64,000 nucleotides of DNA. It comes from a virus. The stretch is taken from IMG/VR virus record IMGVR_UViG_3300042348_000780; one strand, written 5' to 3'. Below are positions 10,196 through 20,747 of this stretch, one piece after another; positions within the stretch are counted from its first letter, which is position 1, and each line of letters starts with the position of its first letter. The translations under genes and the position numbers were made by a program. Under the pieces are notes generated by a model that searched no databases, was not told the origin of the DNA, and was given only the letters and a program-made list of their open reading frames with translations.

Positions 10196-11025
10196 AACCT
10201 GTAATATTGAATGCTGATTATATGATATCTTCTGAAGATATTCCAGATATCATGCATCCAACAGAAATATATTTTACAAGATTTGGTACTAATAAATTTC
10301 CAAATGGAGAACCATCGTTTATTGGTGAAAATTCATATAAAATATTTTGTCATGTAAATGAACCAACAACTTCTAGATGGGTTGAACCTGTAGAAAATAT
10401 TATAAAGCATCACAAAAAGTATGATAAAATTGTAACATCAAATCCAGAAGTTTTAGATAAATGTTCAAACGCAAAGTTCATGGTGTACGGAACAACATGG
10501 TTAAATAAGTCAAAACATCATCCAGATTCATTTGGAAAATTTACTAATGATCTAGTAACTCTTCAGAAAGAATTAAGTCTTTCTATGGTATGTGGATCTT
10601 TATATGGAAAACCTGGATATAATCTAAGACATATTATATTTCAAAATCAAGATAAAATTTTAGTATCTAAAAAATTTTATAGTTCAACACGTTTTATGAT
10701 ACCAAATGTTCCAACATTACCCAATGATGATAAAATACATCTATTTAATAGCATGTATTCAGTAGCAATTGAAAGCACACAAGAAGTAAATTATTTTTCT
10801 GAAAAAATAGTAGATTGTCTGATAACTAAAACAATCCCTATATATTGGGGATGTCCAAACATATCAGATTTTTTTGATACATCATATTGGTTAAATATTG
10901 ATGATCTTATAAATTTTAAATTTACTGATGATTATTACTATAGTAATTTAGAAAAAATAAATATTAATTTTGAAAAATCAAAACAATATTGTGATAACAT
11001 TATAGAAAGAATATTAAAATTATGA
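10192..11025 (+). CDS. Glycosyltransferase, GT10-like (paralog of 8659..9501)
   Basis: YSVAIES...YFSEKIVDCL...IPIYWG. Confidence 0.78.
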   Translation: MKPVILNADYMISSEDIPDIMHPTEIYFTRFGTNKFPNGEPSFIGENSYKIFCHVNEPTTSRWVEPVENIIKHHKKYDKIVTSNPEVLDKCSNAKFMVYGTTWLNKSKHHPDSFGKFTNDLVTLQKELSLSMVCGSLYGKPGYNLRHIIFQNQDKILVSKKFYSSTRFMIPNVPTLPNDDKIHLFNSMYSVAIESTQEVNYFSEKIVDCLITKTIPIYWGCPNISDFFDTSYWLNIDDLINFKFTDDYYYSNLEKININFEKSKQYCDNIIERILKL

Positions 11026-11720
11026 ATAAGCGAGTATTATTAGTAACTGGAATAGGGAAATTACAACTAGATGTTTATTCTGCTGGTGGTGATTTGCCTA
11101 TTAAACAAATAGCAGAAATGACATTTCCTTCTAAACAAAGATATGCTTCTAAACATGGTTATGATTTATTAAAAATTGAAGATTTTGGTTCTGATAAAGA
11201 AAAAAATATAGATGAAAGTAATATGGGATTTATGAGAGCGGCTAGAACATCCGATATGTTAAACTATTATGATATAGTAGTGTGGATTGATGCCGATTCC
11301 ATAATAACAAATGATCAAATTAAAATAGAAAATTTTCCAATAGAAGAAGACATAACATTCTATGCATCATATGATTGGAATGGAAAATATAGTATAAGTG
11401 GCGGTAATTTTATGTTTGTTAAAAATAAAAATACTGAACATTTTCTTGAAGTATTTTATAGTCTTGTTGGAAAAGCTAAACATGAACAAGAAGCTATGAA
11501 TTTTTTATATTTTAGAACACCTTATAAAAATATGATGAAAATTCTTGATCATGATTATTTAAATGCAGCTCCAACTAGAGAAATGTATGCTGAACAATGG
11601 GCCACTAGAGGAGATATACCTTATCCATGGAATGAAAAATCTTTTTTATGTCATTTAACTGGAGCCTCTAATAGACATAGAGAAAGAATATTAAAATCTT
11701 ACTTTAATAATTTTTTATAA
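11022..11720 (+). CDS. Glycosyltransferase, GT34 (GMA12/MNN10)-like
   Basis: YASKHGY, VWIDADSIITN, EQEA, FLCHLTG. Confidence 0.72.
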   Translation: MNKRVLLVTGIGKLQLDVYSAGGDLPIKQIAEMTFPSKQRYASKHGYDLLKIEDFGSDKEKNIDESNMGFMRAARTSDMLNYYDIVVWIDADSIITNDQIKIENFPIEEDITFYASYDWNGKYSISGGNFMFVKNKNTEHFLEVFYSLVGKAKHEQEAMNFLYFRTPYKNMMKILDHDYLNAAPTREMYAEQWATRGDIPYPWNEKSFLCHLTGASNRHRERILKSYFNNFL

Positions 11721-11815
11721 GAACATAAATATATGTTATCAATTATTACTTATATTTAAATAAAAATATTTTATATATTGACATCTGTTAATAAAATATG
11801 ATAGAGAATTTTAAA

Positions 11816-12769
11816 ATGAAAAAAATTGTATATGTTACAGGTTGTTTAGGCTTTATTGGTTCATATATAACTCGTTTATGTTTACAGCGAGGATGGTATG
11901 TAAAAGGTGTTGATAAAATAACATATGCTGCAAATAAAGATTTATTAAATGAATTTACAAAATATGAAAACTTTTCATTTGTACATTGTGATATAAATGA
12001 TCTTAAATTTTTATATGACTGTGATTATGTAATTAATACAGCAGCAGAAACACATGTTGGAAATTCTATAGCAAATAGTGATGATTTTATTAAATCAAAT
12101 ATAGACGGTGTACATAATTTATTAGAATTGATAAGAAATTATAGGCAAGAAACTGGAAAAATACCAACCTTGTTTCATTTTAGCACTGATGAAGTTTATG
12201 GAGATATTGAAGAAGGTGCTCACACAGAAACAGATTTACTTAAGCCATCCAATCCATATTCAGCGACTAAAGCAGCAGCAGATATGCTAATATTAGCCTG
12301 GGCTAGAACGTATGGAATCCCATATGTTATTGTTAGACCAACAAATAATTATGGAATAGGTCAATATGTTGAAAAATTAATTCCAAAATCATGTAAATAT
12401 CTTGCTTTGGGGAGAAAAATACCACTTCATAACAATGGAACACCTATAAGAAATTGGTTACATGCTGAAGATACAGCAAGAGCAGTTTTAAATATTATTG
12501 ATAAAGATGTTAAAAATGAAATATACAATATTTGTGGTGGATTTGAACAAAGTAATTTTGAAACAGTAAATCAAATTTTGAAATGTCATAATATTCCAGA
12601 AGAAAAATTACAAAATTATATTGATTTGTCTTTCAATCGAACTGGACAGGATGTAAGATATGCATTGAATGATTCTAAACTAAGATCATTAGGTTGGAAT
12701 CCAATTAAAATTTTTGAAAAAGAATTAAAAGATATAGTAAAACACTATCAGGAAAAATTTATATGGTAA
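11816..12769 (+). CDS. rfbB: dTDP-glucose 4,6-dehydratase-like SDR
   Basis: VTGCLGFIG, AAETHV, STDEVYG, YSATK, RNWLH. Confidence 0.88.
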   Translation: MKKIVYVTGCLGFIGSYITRLCLQRGWYVKGVDKITYAANKDLLNEFTKYENFSFVHCDINDLKFLYDCDYVINTAAETHVGNSIANSDDFIKSNIDGVHNLLELIRNYRQETGKIPTLFHFSTDEVYGDIEEGAHTETDLLKPSNPYSATKAAADMLILAWARTYGIPYVIVRPTNNYGIGQYVEKLIPKSCKYLALGRKIPLHNNGTPIRNWLHAEDTARAVLNIIDKDVKNEIYNICGGFEQSNFETVNQILKCHNIPEEKLQNYIDLSFNRTGQDVRYALNDSKLRSLGWNPIKIFEKELKDIVKHYQEKFIW

Positions 12770-13836
12770 ATAATATATTTGAAAATTTATTTGTTCTTGA
12801 GTTAGCAAATAATCATTGGGGATCATTAAAACGAGGAAAGCAAATTGTAAAACAATTTGCTAAAGTTGTAAAAACAAATAAAGTTAAAGCAGCAATTAAA
12901 TTACAGTTTAGAGATGTAGATACATTTATTCATAAAGATTTTAAAACTGAAGGAAAAGGTGAAGAGTTAACTAATTTACCTAAAAGAAGTAGATATATTC
13001 AAAAAACATGTAAAACAAAATTAACATATGACGAATTTGAAGAACTCATTAATTATATTCGTAAACATGATTGTATTCCAATGGCAACTCCATTTGATGA
13101 GCAATCTGTAGATTGGTGTGTTTCTATGAATTTACCTATCATAAAAATAGCAAGTGCTGATATTAATGATTGGATATTAATTAAAAAAATAGCATCAACA
13201 AAAAAACCTGTAATTATTTCAACGGGTGGAGCAAATGATAAACAGATAGATGATGTTGTTAAGTATTTTACAAATAGAAATATTTTAATATCAGTTAATC
13301 ATTGTGTTTCAAAATATCCAAGCGAAGATAATGAATTAGAATTACATCAGATTGATTATTTAAAACTAAAATATCCAAATATAGTTATAGGATTATCTAC
13401 TCACGAATATCATGATTGGTATTCTTCTGTGTTGATATCATATGGTAAGGGCGTTAGAACATGGGAGAGACACATAGATATTCCATATCCAAAAGATCAC
13501 CAACAAACTGAAATATCTAGTTATTGTTCAACACCAGAACAAATTGATACTTGGTTTAAATCATACAATAAAGCAGTTGAAATGTGTGGTTCTTCATCAT
13601 TAATTAGAAGAATTATTGATGACAAGGAAAAAAAATATTTAGAATCTTTATATCGCGGATTGTATCTAAAAAGAGATATAAATAAAGGAGAAAGTGTGAG
13701 TTTAGATGATTTATATTCTGCTATTCCATATCAGAAAGAAATAAATCAATTAACCTCAAGAGATTTTATTGAAAATGATGCGATTGCTTTGAGAAATTTA
13801 AAAAAGGATTCTCCTTTAATCGTGGATGATATTTAA
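12763..13836 (+). CDS. NeuB-family nonulosonic acid (N-acetylneuraminate-type) synthase with SAF domain
   Basis: ELANNHWG, TPFD, KIAS, STGG, HCVSKYP, ERH. Confidence 0.85.
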   Translation: MVNNIFENLFVLELANNHWGSLKRGKQIVKQFAKVVKTNKVKAAIKLQFRDVDTFIHKDFKTEGKGEELTNLPKRSRYIQKTCKTKLTYDEFEELINYIRKHDCIPMATPFDEQSVDWCVSMNLPIIKIASADINDWILIKKIASTKKPVIISTGGANDKQIDDVVKYFTNRNILISVNHCVSKYPSEDNELELHQIDYLKLKYPNIVIGLSTHEYHDWYSSVLISYGKGVRTWERHIDIPYPKDHQQTEISSYCSTPEQIDTWFKSYNKAVEMCGSSSLIRRIIDDKEKKYLESLYRGLYLKRDINKGESVSLDDLYSAIPYQKEINQLTSRDFIENDAIALRNLKKDSPLIVDDI

Positions 13837-13837
13837 T

Positions 13838-15574
13838 ATGAAAATTTCTGATTTAGTTTTTAAATTTATAAAAGATAAAGGAATAGACACAGTTTTTACT
13901 GTGTCTGGTGGTGGATGTATGCATTTAATTGATTCTTTGGGGAAAAATAAAGAATTAAAATATATCTGCAATCATCATGAACAAGCTTGTTCTATGGCAG
14001 CAGAAGCATATGCAAGAATAAAAAATATACCTGGTTGTGTTTTGGTCACTACTGGTCCTGGTGGAACAAATGCTCTTACAGGAGTTTTATGTGCTTTTCA
14101 GGATTCTATTCCTATGATTGTAATTTCTGGACAAGTTCCATCTGATCAATTGTCAAATGGAACTGGTTGTAGGCAAATAGGACAGCAAGAATATAATATT
14201 GTTGATACAGTAAGACCTATGACGAAATATGCTGTTACTATAACAGATAAAAACAGTATATTGTACCATTTAGAAAAGGCATATCATTTAGCAGTTTCTG
14301 GGCGTCCTGGGCCTGTGTGGTTAGATATACCACTTGACATACAGAGCAGCGAAGTTAATATTTCTAAATTAAAAAAATTTATTTTACCAAAGCAAAAAAA
14401 TAATAAAATAATCAATTCGTTATATTTAAATAAACTTCAAAAATTACTGTTAAAAAGTAAAAGACCAGTTGTTGTTGTTGGTAATGGTGTTCGTGTGTCA
14501 AATAATGTTGATAATTTACTAGAATTTTTAAATAAAACAGGTATTCCAGTCTTAACTGGACCCCATTCAGCGGTTGATGTTGTAAATTCTGATTATGAAT
14601 ATTATGCTGGTAGGTTTGGAATTTTAGGACAACGCACATCAAATCAAATTATACAGGAGTCAGATTTAGTAATATCTCTTGGATCTAGATTAAATCCAAA
14701 AATGATTGGATATGATCAATCAAAATTTGCTCCTGGGGCAACTAAATTTATAATCGATGTTGATAAAAACGAAATTAAAAAATTAAAATTTAAAAATAAA
14801 ATAGGTTGGTGTATTGATCTTCGTTTGTTTTTTAACATGATTAAAAATGTTAAAGTAAATGATATAAGTGAATGGCAAAATAATATTAAAAAATATAGAA
14901 ATAATGAAATATTAGTTTTAGAAAAACATAAGTTTTTAAAAGATTATGTTAGTAGCTATGTTTTTTCTAATAAATTAGAAAAATATTTATCAGAAGATTC
15001 AATTATAGTAACTAGTGATGGAACAGCTCATGTAGTACCTTTAAAAACTATAACCTTAAAAGGCAAACAAAGACTTTTTAGTAATGAAGGAACTGCTCCA
15101 ATGGGTTATGGATTGCCAGCAGCAATTGGAGCACATTATGGAAGTAAAAAAGAGATAATATGCATAGAAGGAGATGGAAGTATTATGATGAATCTACAAG
15201 AATTAGAAACAGTTTGTCATAATAAAGTACCAATAAAAATATTTATTCTAAATAATTGTGGTTACTTATCAATCAAATTAACTCAAAATTCATTTTTTAA
15301 AGGAAATTTAGTTGCTTCTGAAATTTCTTCTGGTGTTTCAATTCCTTCATTTGAAAAAATAGCTAATGCATTTGGTTTGAAGTATATTTCTATTAAAACA
15401 AATGATATGTTAGATCCTAAATTAAATGAAGTATTTTCAAATAAAGAAAGTATTTTAATTGAAATATTCAGTGATCCTAATGAACAACACGAACCAAAAG
15501 TTATTTCTAAAGGAATTGATAAAAATGGAAAAATTATTCCAGGCGAATTGACAGATATGAATGTGAAAACTTAA
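13838..15574 (+). CDS. Thiamine-diphosphate-dependent enzyme (acetolactate synthase/YerE-like)
   Basis: HHEQACSMAAEAY, TTGPGGTN, GRPGPVWLDIP, GDGS...NN ThDP motif; sits in a sugar cluster. Confidence 0.88.
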   Translation: MKISDLVFKFIKDKGIDTVFTVSGGGCMHLIDSLGKNKELKYICNHHEQACSMAAEAYARIKNIPGCVLVTTGPGGTNALTGVLCAFQDSIPMIVISGQVPSDQLSNGTGCRQIGQQEYNIVDTVRPMTKYAVTITDKNSILYHLEKAYHLAVSGRPGPVWLDIPLDIQSSEVNISKLKKFILPKQKNNKIINSLYLNKLQKLLLKSKRPVVVVGNGVRVSNNVDNLLEFLNKTGIPVLTGPHSAVDVVNSDYEYYAGRFGILGQRTSNQIIQESDLVISLGSRLNPKMIGYDQSKFAPGATKFIIDVDKNEIKKLKFKNKIGWCIDLRLFFNMIKNVKVNDISEWQNNIKKYRNNEILVLEKHKFLKDYVSSYVFSNKLEKYLSEDSIIVTSDGTAHVVPLKTITLKGKQRLFSNEGTAPMGYGLPAAIGAHYGSKKEIICIEGDGSIMMNLQELETVCHNKVPIKIFILNNCGYLSIKLTQNSFFKGNLVASEISSGVSIPSFEKIANAFGLKYISIKTNDMLDPKLNEVFSNKESILIEIFSDPNEQHEPKVISKGIDKNGKIIPGELTDMNVKT

Positions 15575-15575
15575 T

Positions 15576-16334
15576 ATGAAACTTTTTAAAAATACAAATT
15601 ATAATCGTTCACTGTATGACAATACTAAATCATTAACAGAAATTGCAAATTTGTTTGAAACAGATAAAGGTAATGCTGATTCAAAATCTTTATCATGGAG
15701 TAAAGATTATCCAGAGCACTTTTCTATGTCATATACTATAACCTATGAAAAGTATATGAATAATTATAGAGAAGATCATGTTAAATTATTTGAAATAGGA
15801 ATTTGTGATAAAAGATTTCCATACGCTTCACAAAAAATGTGGTTAACATTTTTTAAAAATGTAGAATTATATGGGATGGATAATTTTTGGGGTAATTATT
15901 TAGAAGATAAAACTAAAGATATAAATTTTTTAAATGAATTGGGTGTAAATTTTATATATGCTGATCAAGGAAATTTTTGCGATTGGAATGAAATAAAAGA
16001 ACAATGCCCAAATAATTTTGATTTTTTTATTGAAGATGGTAGTCATTGGCCAAATCATATGGCAGTAAGTTTGTGGCAAGCAAAAGATTTAGTAAAACAA
16101 AATGGATATTATTTTATGGAAGATATTCAAAATCCAAAAACTAGTCGTGGGATGTTTAAATATGATAACGCATTATTGTGTGAAGATTTAATCAATACAC
16201 AAAAAACTGGAATTTTTAAAAGCCATTTTTTAAATAATCAACAGAATTTAGATATTAATAAATCTTTTGAATTAGTTGAATTAGTGTTGGATCCAAAATC
16301 AATAAATTATTTAGCAATATTTAGAAAGATATAA
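15576..16334 (+). CDS. Class I SAM-dependent (sugar O-)methyltransferase-like
   Basis: TDKG, FEIG, DQG, IEDGSH, YFMED. Confidence 0.7.
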   Translation: MKLFKNTNYNRSLYDNTKSLTEIANLFETDKGNADSKSLSWSKDYPEHFSMSYTITYEKYMNNYREDHVKLFEIGICDKRFPYASQKMWLTFFKNVELYGMDNFWGNYLEDKTKDINFLNELGVNFIYADQGNFCDWNEIKEQCPNNFDFFIEDGSHWPNHMAVSLWQAKDLVKQNGYYFMEDIQNPKTSRGMFKYDNALLCEDLINTQKTGIFKSHFLNNQQNLDINKSFELVELVLDPKSINYLAIFRKI

Positions 16335-16335
16335 A

Positions 16336-17013
16336 ATGATAAAAATTAAAACATTAGATGAATTAGCAAATTTTTATAAAACCGATAAAGGTACTATGTT
16401 TGAAACTCCATGTAAACATGGTTATGCACCAATATATGATGAATTATTAACGCCATTAAGAGATAAAGATATTTCTTTATTGGAAGTTGGTGTTTGGTTA
16501 GAAACTTCATCCATTGGTGGTGAATCTTTAAATATGTGGAAAGAATATTTTAAAAATGCAAATATATATGCATTTGATATTAGAGATATGAAAAATCATC
16601 CATTTTTTGTAAATAACACTAATGTGTATTTTTACAATGGAGATCAGGGCAACCGAGACGATTTTGTATCTATGCATAATGCATTTAATAATGTATTTTT
16701 TGATTTTATTCTTGAGGATGGATCACATAATGCAAATCATCAAATGATTTCATTTGCTAGTTTATTTAAATATGTTAAACCTGGGGGCATTTATATCTTA
16801 GAAGATATAACATTACCTGGTGTTGCCAACTGTAATGGAATGAATAATAATCCAACATGGTATACTTTGAATGGTTTTATTGAAAATAAACAAATAATAT
16901 CTAATTATTTAACAGATGAAGAAACCTCCTATCTTACTGATAACATAGACAAAATAATAATACATAACGATATTAAGAATCAATGGGCTACGGCTATAAT
17001 TTATAAAAAATGA
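16336..17013 (+). CDS. Class I SAM-dependent (sugar O-)methyltransferase-like, paralog of the upstream gene
   Basis: TDKG, LLEVGV, GDQG, LEDGSH, KPGGIYILED. Confidence 0.75.
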   Translation: MIKIKTLDELANFYKTDKGTMFETPCKHGYAPIYDELLTPLRDKDISLLEVGVWLETSSIGGESLNMWKEYFKNANIYAFDIRDMKNHPFFVNNTNVYFYNGDQGNRDDFVSMHNAFNNVFFDFILEDGSHNANHQMISFASLFKYVKPGGIYILEDITLPGVANCNGMNNNPTWYTLNGFIENKQIISNYLTDEETSYLTDNIDKIIIHNDIKNQWATAIIYKK

Positions 17014-17780
17014 ATATTTTAATAACAGGCGGTAATGGATACATCGCAAAAAAATTAAAGCAAAATTTAAATTATAATATACTCGCAGTCACTCGTCACG
17101 ATTTTGACCTTGAAGATACTACAGCTGTTCATAAGTGGTTTCGTGATAAAACATTTGATGTAGTAATACATACAGCAATATCTGGTGGGAGCAGATTAAA
17201 ATCTGATGATTCTAGCATTATAGAATCAAATTTAAAAATGTATTACAATTTATATAATGAAAGACATCAGTTTGGTAAACTTATATCTTTTGGTTCAGGT
17301 GCAGAAATATTTGCATCAAATACACCATATGGTGAAAGTAAAAAAAGAATTGCAGAATCAATTCAAAATACTAATAATTTTTACAATATTCGCATATTTA
17401 ATGTATTTGATGAGAATGAATTAGAAACTCGATTTGTAAAAGCAAATATCATAAGACATATTCGCAATCAACCAATGATAATATTTAACGATAAAATCAT
17501 GGATTTTTACTACATGAAAGATTTATTATCTTTAGTGGAATATTATCTAGTAAATAGTGATTTGCCAAAAGAATCAAATTGTAGTTACGAGATTAAGTTT
17601 ACATTAAAGCAAATAGCAAATTTTATAAATTCACTAGACAATCACAAAGTTCCTGTTATAATTCAAAGCCAAAAACATTTAGAATTTTATTGTGATTCTG
17701 CACATGATCTAAATATAAATGAAATAGGACTAAAACAGGGTATAATTAATACTTATAATATTCTAAAAAATAGAGGTTAA
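17010..17780 (+). CDS. NAD-dependent epimerase/reductase (SDR)
   Basis: ILITGGNGYIA, YGESK (YxxxK). Confidence 0.82.
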   Translation: MNILITGGNGYIAKKLKQNLNYNILAVTRHDFDLEDTTAVHKWFRDKTFDVVIHTAISGGSRLKSDDSSIIESNLKMYYNLYNERHQFGKLISFGSGAEIFASNTPYGESKKRIAESIQNTNNFYNIRIFNVFDENELETRFVKANIIRHIRNQPMIIFNDKIMDFYYMKDLLSLVEYYLVNSDLPKESNCSYEIKFTLKQIANFINSLDNHKVPVIIQSQKHLEFYCDSAHDLNINEIGLKQGIINTYNILKNRG

Positions 17781-17781
17781 T

Positions 17782-19128
17782 ATGATTGATGTGAATTTAT
17801 CTGGTGATGAAATTGATCGTAAAATAAAAGAACTTGTTCAATTAAAAAGAAAACAAACAAAAAAATGGATTCGAGGAAAAGATACAATTCAATATGCTGG
17901 CAATTACTTTGATGATGAAGAATTTATTGCTGGTATAGATTGTTTTCTTGATGGTTGGTTGGTTCTTGGAGATCATGGTCTTCGTTTCGAAAGACAATTC
18001 AAAGAAAAACTTGGAAAACAACACGGTGCATTAGTAAATAGTGGATCAAGTGCTAATCTTTTAATGATTACTGCATTAAAATCTAAAAGACTTTATAATT
18101 TTGGTCCAGGGACAAAGATAATTACTCCTGCCGCTGGTTTTCCAACAACAATTAATCCAATTATCCAAAATGGTTTTCAACCAGTTTTTGTTGATATTGA
18201 AGTAGATACTTTAAATCTAAATTTAGATCAAGTTGAACAAGCAGCAAAAAATGGTGCTAAAGTTCTTGCATTTGCACATGTACTTGGTAATCCACCTAAT
18301 ATGGATAAGTTAATGGAGATTGTTGATAAGTATAATCTTATTCTTCTTGAAGATTGTTGTGATGCTCTTGGTAGTAAATATGATGGTAAATTACTAGGAT
18401 CTTTCGGTCAATTTGCATCATGTTCGTTTTATCCTGCACATCATATTACAATGGGAGAAGGAGGATTTGTTGCATCTAAAACTGATGAACAAGATACAGT
18501 AATTAAAAGTCTTCGTGAATGGGGAAGAGGTTGTTATTGTTCTGGTAAGGGTGCTTCTTGTCTTCGAAATGGAATGTGTAAGAAGAGATTCAGTGAATGG
18601 TTGCCAAGTTTTCCTGGAGTAATATTTGATCACAAATATGTCTATGAAGAGATTGGTTATAATCTAAAACCAATTGAAATGCAAGCGGCAATAGGATTAG
18701 TTCAACTTAAGAAGTTAGATAAGATTATTGAACTTCGAAAGAAAAATTTTAATCGTCTATACCAAATTTTTTCAAAATATGATAAGATTTTTCATCTACC
18801 AAAAGCAACTGAAAAATCAGATCCTTCTTGGTTTGCTTTCCCATTAACAGTTAAAGATGGAGTATATCTTAAACGAAATGAATTTACTATGTATCTTGAA
18901 GACAATAAGATACAGACTAGAAATTATTTTGGTGGAAATGTTCTTCTTCAACCAGCATATGAAGGAATTTATTCTGGTAATGCAAAGAAAGATTTTCCAG
19001 TCGCAACAAAAGTTACTACTGACACATTTTTTTTAGGGACTAGTCCAGTCATAACAGACGAACAACTAGATTATATTGAAGATGTAGTTACAACTTATTT
19101 TAATAATTCTACAAATTATAGCGTATAA
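17782..19128 (+). CDS. rfbH: NDP-4-keto-6-deoxyglucose 3-dehydratase (RfbH/DdhC, E1)
   Basis: NSGSSANL, EDCCDALG, SFYPAHHITMGEGG (His in place of the PLP-binding Lys), GRGCYC..C...C Fe-S motif. Confidence 0.9.
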   Translation: MIDVNLSGDEIDRKIKELVQLKRKQTKKWIRGKDTIQYAGNYFDDEEFIAGIDCFLDGWLVLGDHGLRFERQFKEKLGKQHGALVNSGSSANLLMITALKSKRLYNFGPGTKIITPAAGFPTTINPIIQNGFQPVFVDIEVDTLNLNLDQVEQAAKNGAKVLAFAHVLGNPPNMDKLMEIVDKYNLILLEDCCDALGSKYDGKLLGSFGQFASCSFYPAHHITMGEGGFVASKTDEQDTVIKSLREWGRGCYCSGKGASCLRNGMCKKRFSEWLPSFPGVIFDHKYVYEEIGYNLKPIEMQAAIGLVQLKKLDKIIELRKKNFNRLYQIFSKYDKIFHLPKATEKSDPSWFAFPLTVKDGVYLKRNEFTMYLEDNKIQTRNYFGGNVLLQPAYEGIYSGNAKKDFPVATKVTTDTFFLGTSPVITDEQLDYIEDVVTTYFNNSTNYSV

Positions 19129-19131
19129 ATA
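19124..19131 (+). promoter_or_regulatory. T4-type late promoter TATAAATA
   Basis: Exact consensus upstream of the GT2-TPR gene. Confidence 0.6.
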
Positions 19132-19149
19132 AGATAAAGGATCTTAATT

Positions 19150-20358
19150 ATGCATCGACTTTCTTTGTCAATGATTGTAAAAAATGAATCACATGTGATT
19201 CTAGAGTGTCTTAATTCAGTATATAAACTTATAGATTATTGGGTAATAGTTGATACAGGATCAACAGATGGAACCCAAGATATTATCAAAAACTTCTTTC
19301 AAGAGAAAGGCATTCCTGGAGAATTACATGAAAAGGAATGGAAAGGTTTTGGTAAATCAAGAACAGAAGCATTAGATCTTTGTAAGGGTAAAGCAGAATA
19401 TGCTTATATGATCGATGCAGATGATTATCTACATGGTGAATTCAAATTACCACCAGGAAATAAAGTTGATTCATATGCTCTTCGTCTAGGAAGAGAAGAA
19501 TTTTCTTGGTGGAGAAATCAAATATTCAAAGTAGATGCTGAATGGGAATACGTTGGTGTTCTTCATGAATACGCTCGTTCTAGAGCAAAAGAACAACCAA
19601 TCATAGCAAAGCTTGAAGGTAATTATAGGGTAGTCGCTCGCACTGTTGGTGCAAGAAATGTTGGCATTACACCTGTTGAAAAATATACAAAAGATGCCGA
19701 GACATTAGAGAAGGCTCTTATAGATGAACCAGATAATATTCGATATATGTTTTATCTGGGTCAATCATATTTTGATTCACAACAGTGGGAAAAAGCAATT
19801 GATGCTTATATGAGAAGAGCCGAAAAGGGTGGATGGGGTGAAGAAGTATATTATTCTTTATATCGAATTGCAGTAGCCAAGGCCATGTTAAATCGTCCAT
19901 GGGGTGAAATCATGGAATCATTTTTGCTTGCCTACAATTCAAGACCAATTCGAGCAGAGCCACTATATCATATTGCTCAAATCTATCGTACAAAGTTTAA
20001 CATGCCTGCAATCGCCTATATGTTCGCAAAGGCAGCATCAGATATTCCATTTCCAGAAGGAGATATCTTATTCGTACCTGATATGATGTACAATTATGCA
20101 ATATTAGATGAATTGGCTGCTACAGCACATGCAGCAGGACAATTTCAATTAGGATATGATGTTTGCCGTAGACTATTACTTGAAAATAAGATTCCAAAAT
20201 CAGAGATTCCACGAATTCAAGGTAATTTGGAACAATATGCACATATATTGGAACAGATGAAGAAACAACAGGCTGCTTTTCAACAACAGATGAAACAAAT
20301 GGAGCCTGATCCAGAACCAGAAAAAAAGAAACAAATAAAATACAAAGAACGTAAATAA
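19150..20358 (+). CDS. GT2 glycosyltransferase with TPR repeats (protein-glycosyltransferase architecture)
   Basis: SMIVKNE, VDTGSTDGT, IDADD, YVGVLHE, then TPR helices (RYMFYLGQSY, EVYYSLY, RAEPLY). Confidence 0.88.
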   Translation: MHRLSLSMIVKNESHVILECLNSVYKLIDYWVIVDTGSTDGTQDIIKNFFQEKGIPGELHEKEWKGFGKSRTEALDLCKGKAEYAYMIDADDYLHGEFKLPPGNKVDSYALRLGREEFSWWRNQIFKVDAEWEYVGVLHEYARSRAKEQPIIAKLEGNYRVVARTVGARNVGITPVEKYTKDAETLEKALIDEPDNIRYMFYLGQSYFDSQQWEKAIDAYMRRAEKGGWGEEVYYSLYRIAVAKAMLNRPWGEIMESFLLAYNSRPIRAEPLYHIAQIYRTKFNMPAIAYMFAKAASDIPFPEGDILFVPDMMYNYAILDELAATAHAAGQFQLGYDVCRRLLLENKIPKSEIPRIQGNLEQYAHILEQMKKQQAAFQQQMKQMEPDPEPEKKKQIKYKERK

Positions 20359-20363
20359 AAGAT

Positions 20364-20388
20364 AAAAACCCGCAAGATGCGGGTTTTT
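20364..20388 (+). terminator. Rho-independent terminator
   Basis: AAAAACCCGCA-AGA-TGCGGGTTTTT. Confidence 0.85.
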
Positions 20389-20395
20389 ATAAATA
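20388..20395 (+). promoter_or_regulatory. T4-type late promoter fused to the terminator U-tract
   Basis: TATAAATA. Confidence 0.7.
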
Positions 20396-20412
20396 GCTGT
20401 ATAGGAGACTCC

Positions 20413-20739
20413 ATGCCAAAGAAATTCGGAATCGCAATCACAAATCCATCGGCAATGTATACTGTAGGACATATTGCAGCAACTGCGGACACCTACACTT
20501 CTGCAAATGCTCATGTTACTGGTACAAGTACTGGTGCTTTAAATGATGGTGTTTTAGTAAAGAATGTTGGTCCTCTTGATATAAAAGTTGCATTTAGCGG
20601 TGCGACTCATGGTTCAGATACAGGATTTATTCTTGGTCAAGCTGAACAGATTTTTGTCGAAACAGCAAGTTTATCATCAGTCATTGTTAAAAATAATACA
20701 GCATCTGAAGGTATTACATTTAGCGTCTACGCAAACTAA
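20413..20739 (+). CDS. Small beta-rich putative virion protein (paralog family A)
   Basis: AGGAG RBS; GVLVKN...G...IFVE...SV.VK pattern. Confidence 0.6.
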   Translation: MPKKFGIAITNPSAMYTVGHIAATADTYTSANAHVTGTSTGALNDGVLVKNVGPLDIKVAFSGATHGSDTGFILGQAEQIFVETASLSSVIVKNNTASEGITFSVYAN

Positions 20740-20747
20740 GGATTCAC

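Noticed and set aside
13838-15574. Acetolactate synthase as a branched-chain amino-acid auxiliary gene
   Set aside because: No regulatory subunit or other ilv genes; the context is nucleotide-sugar biosynthesis.
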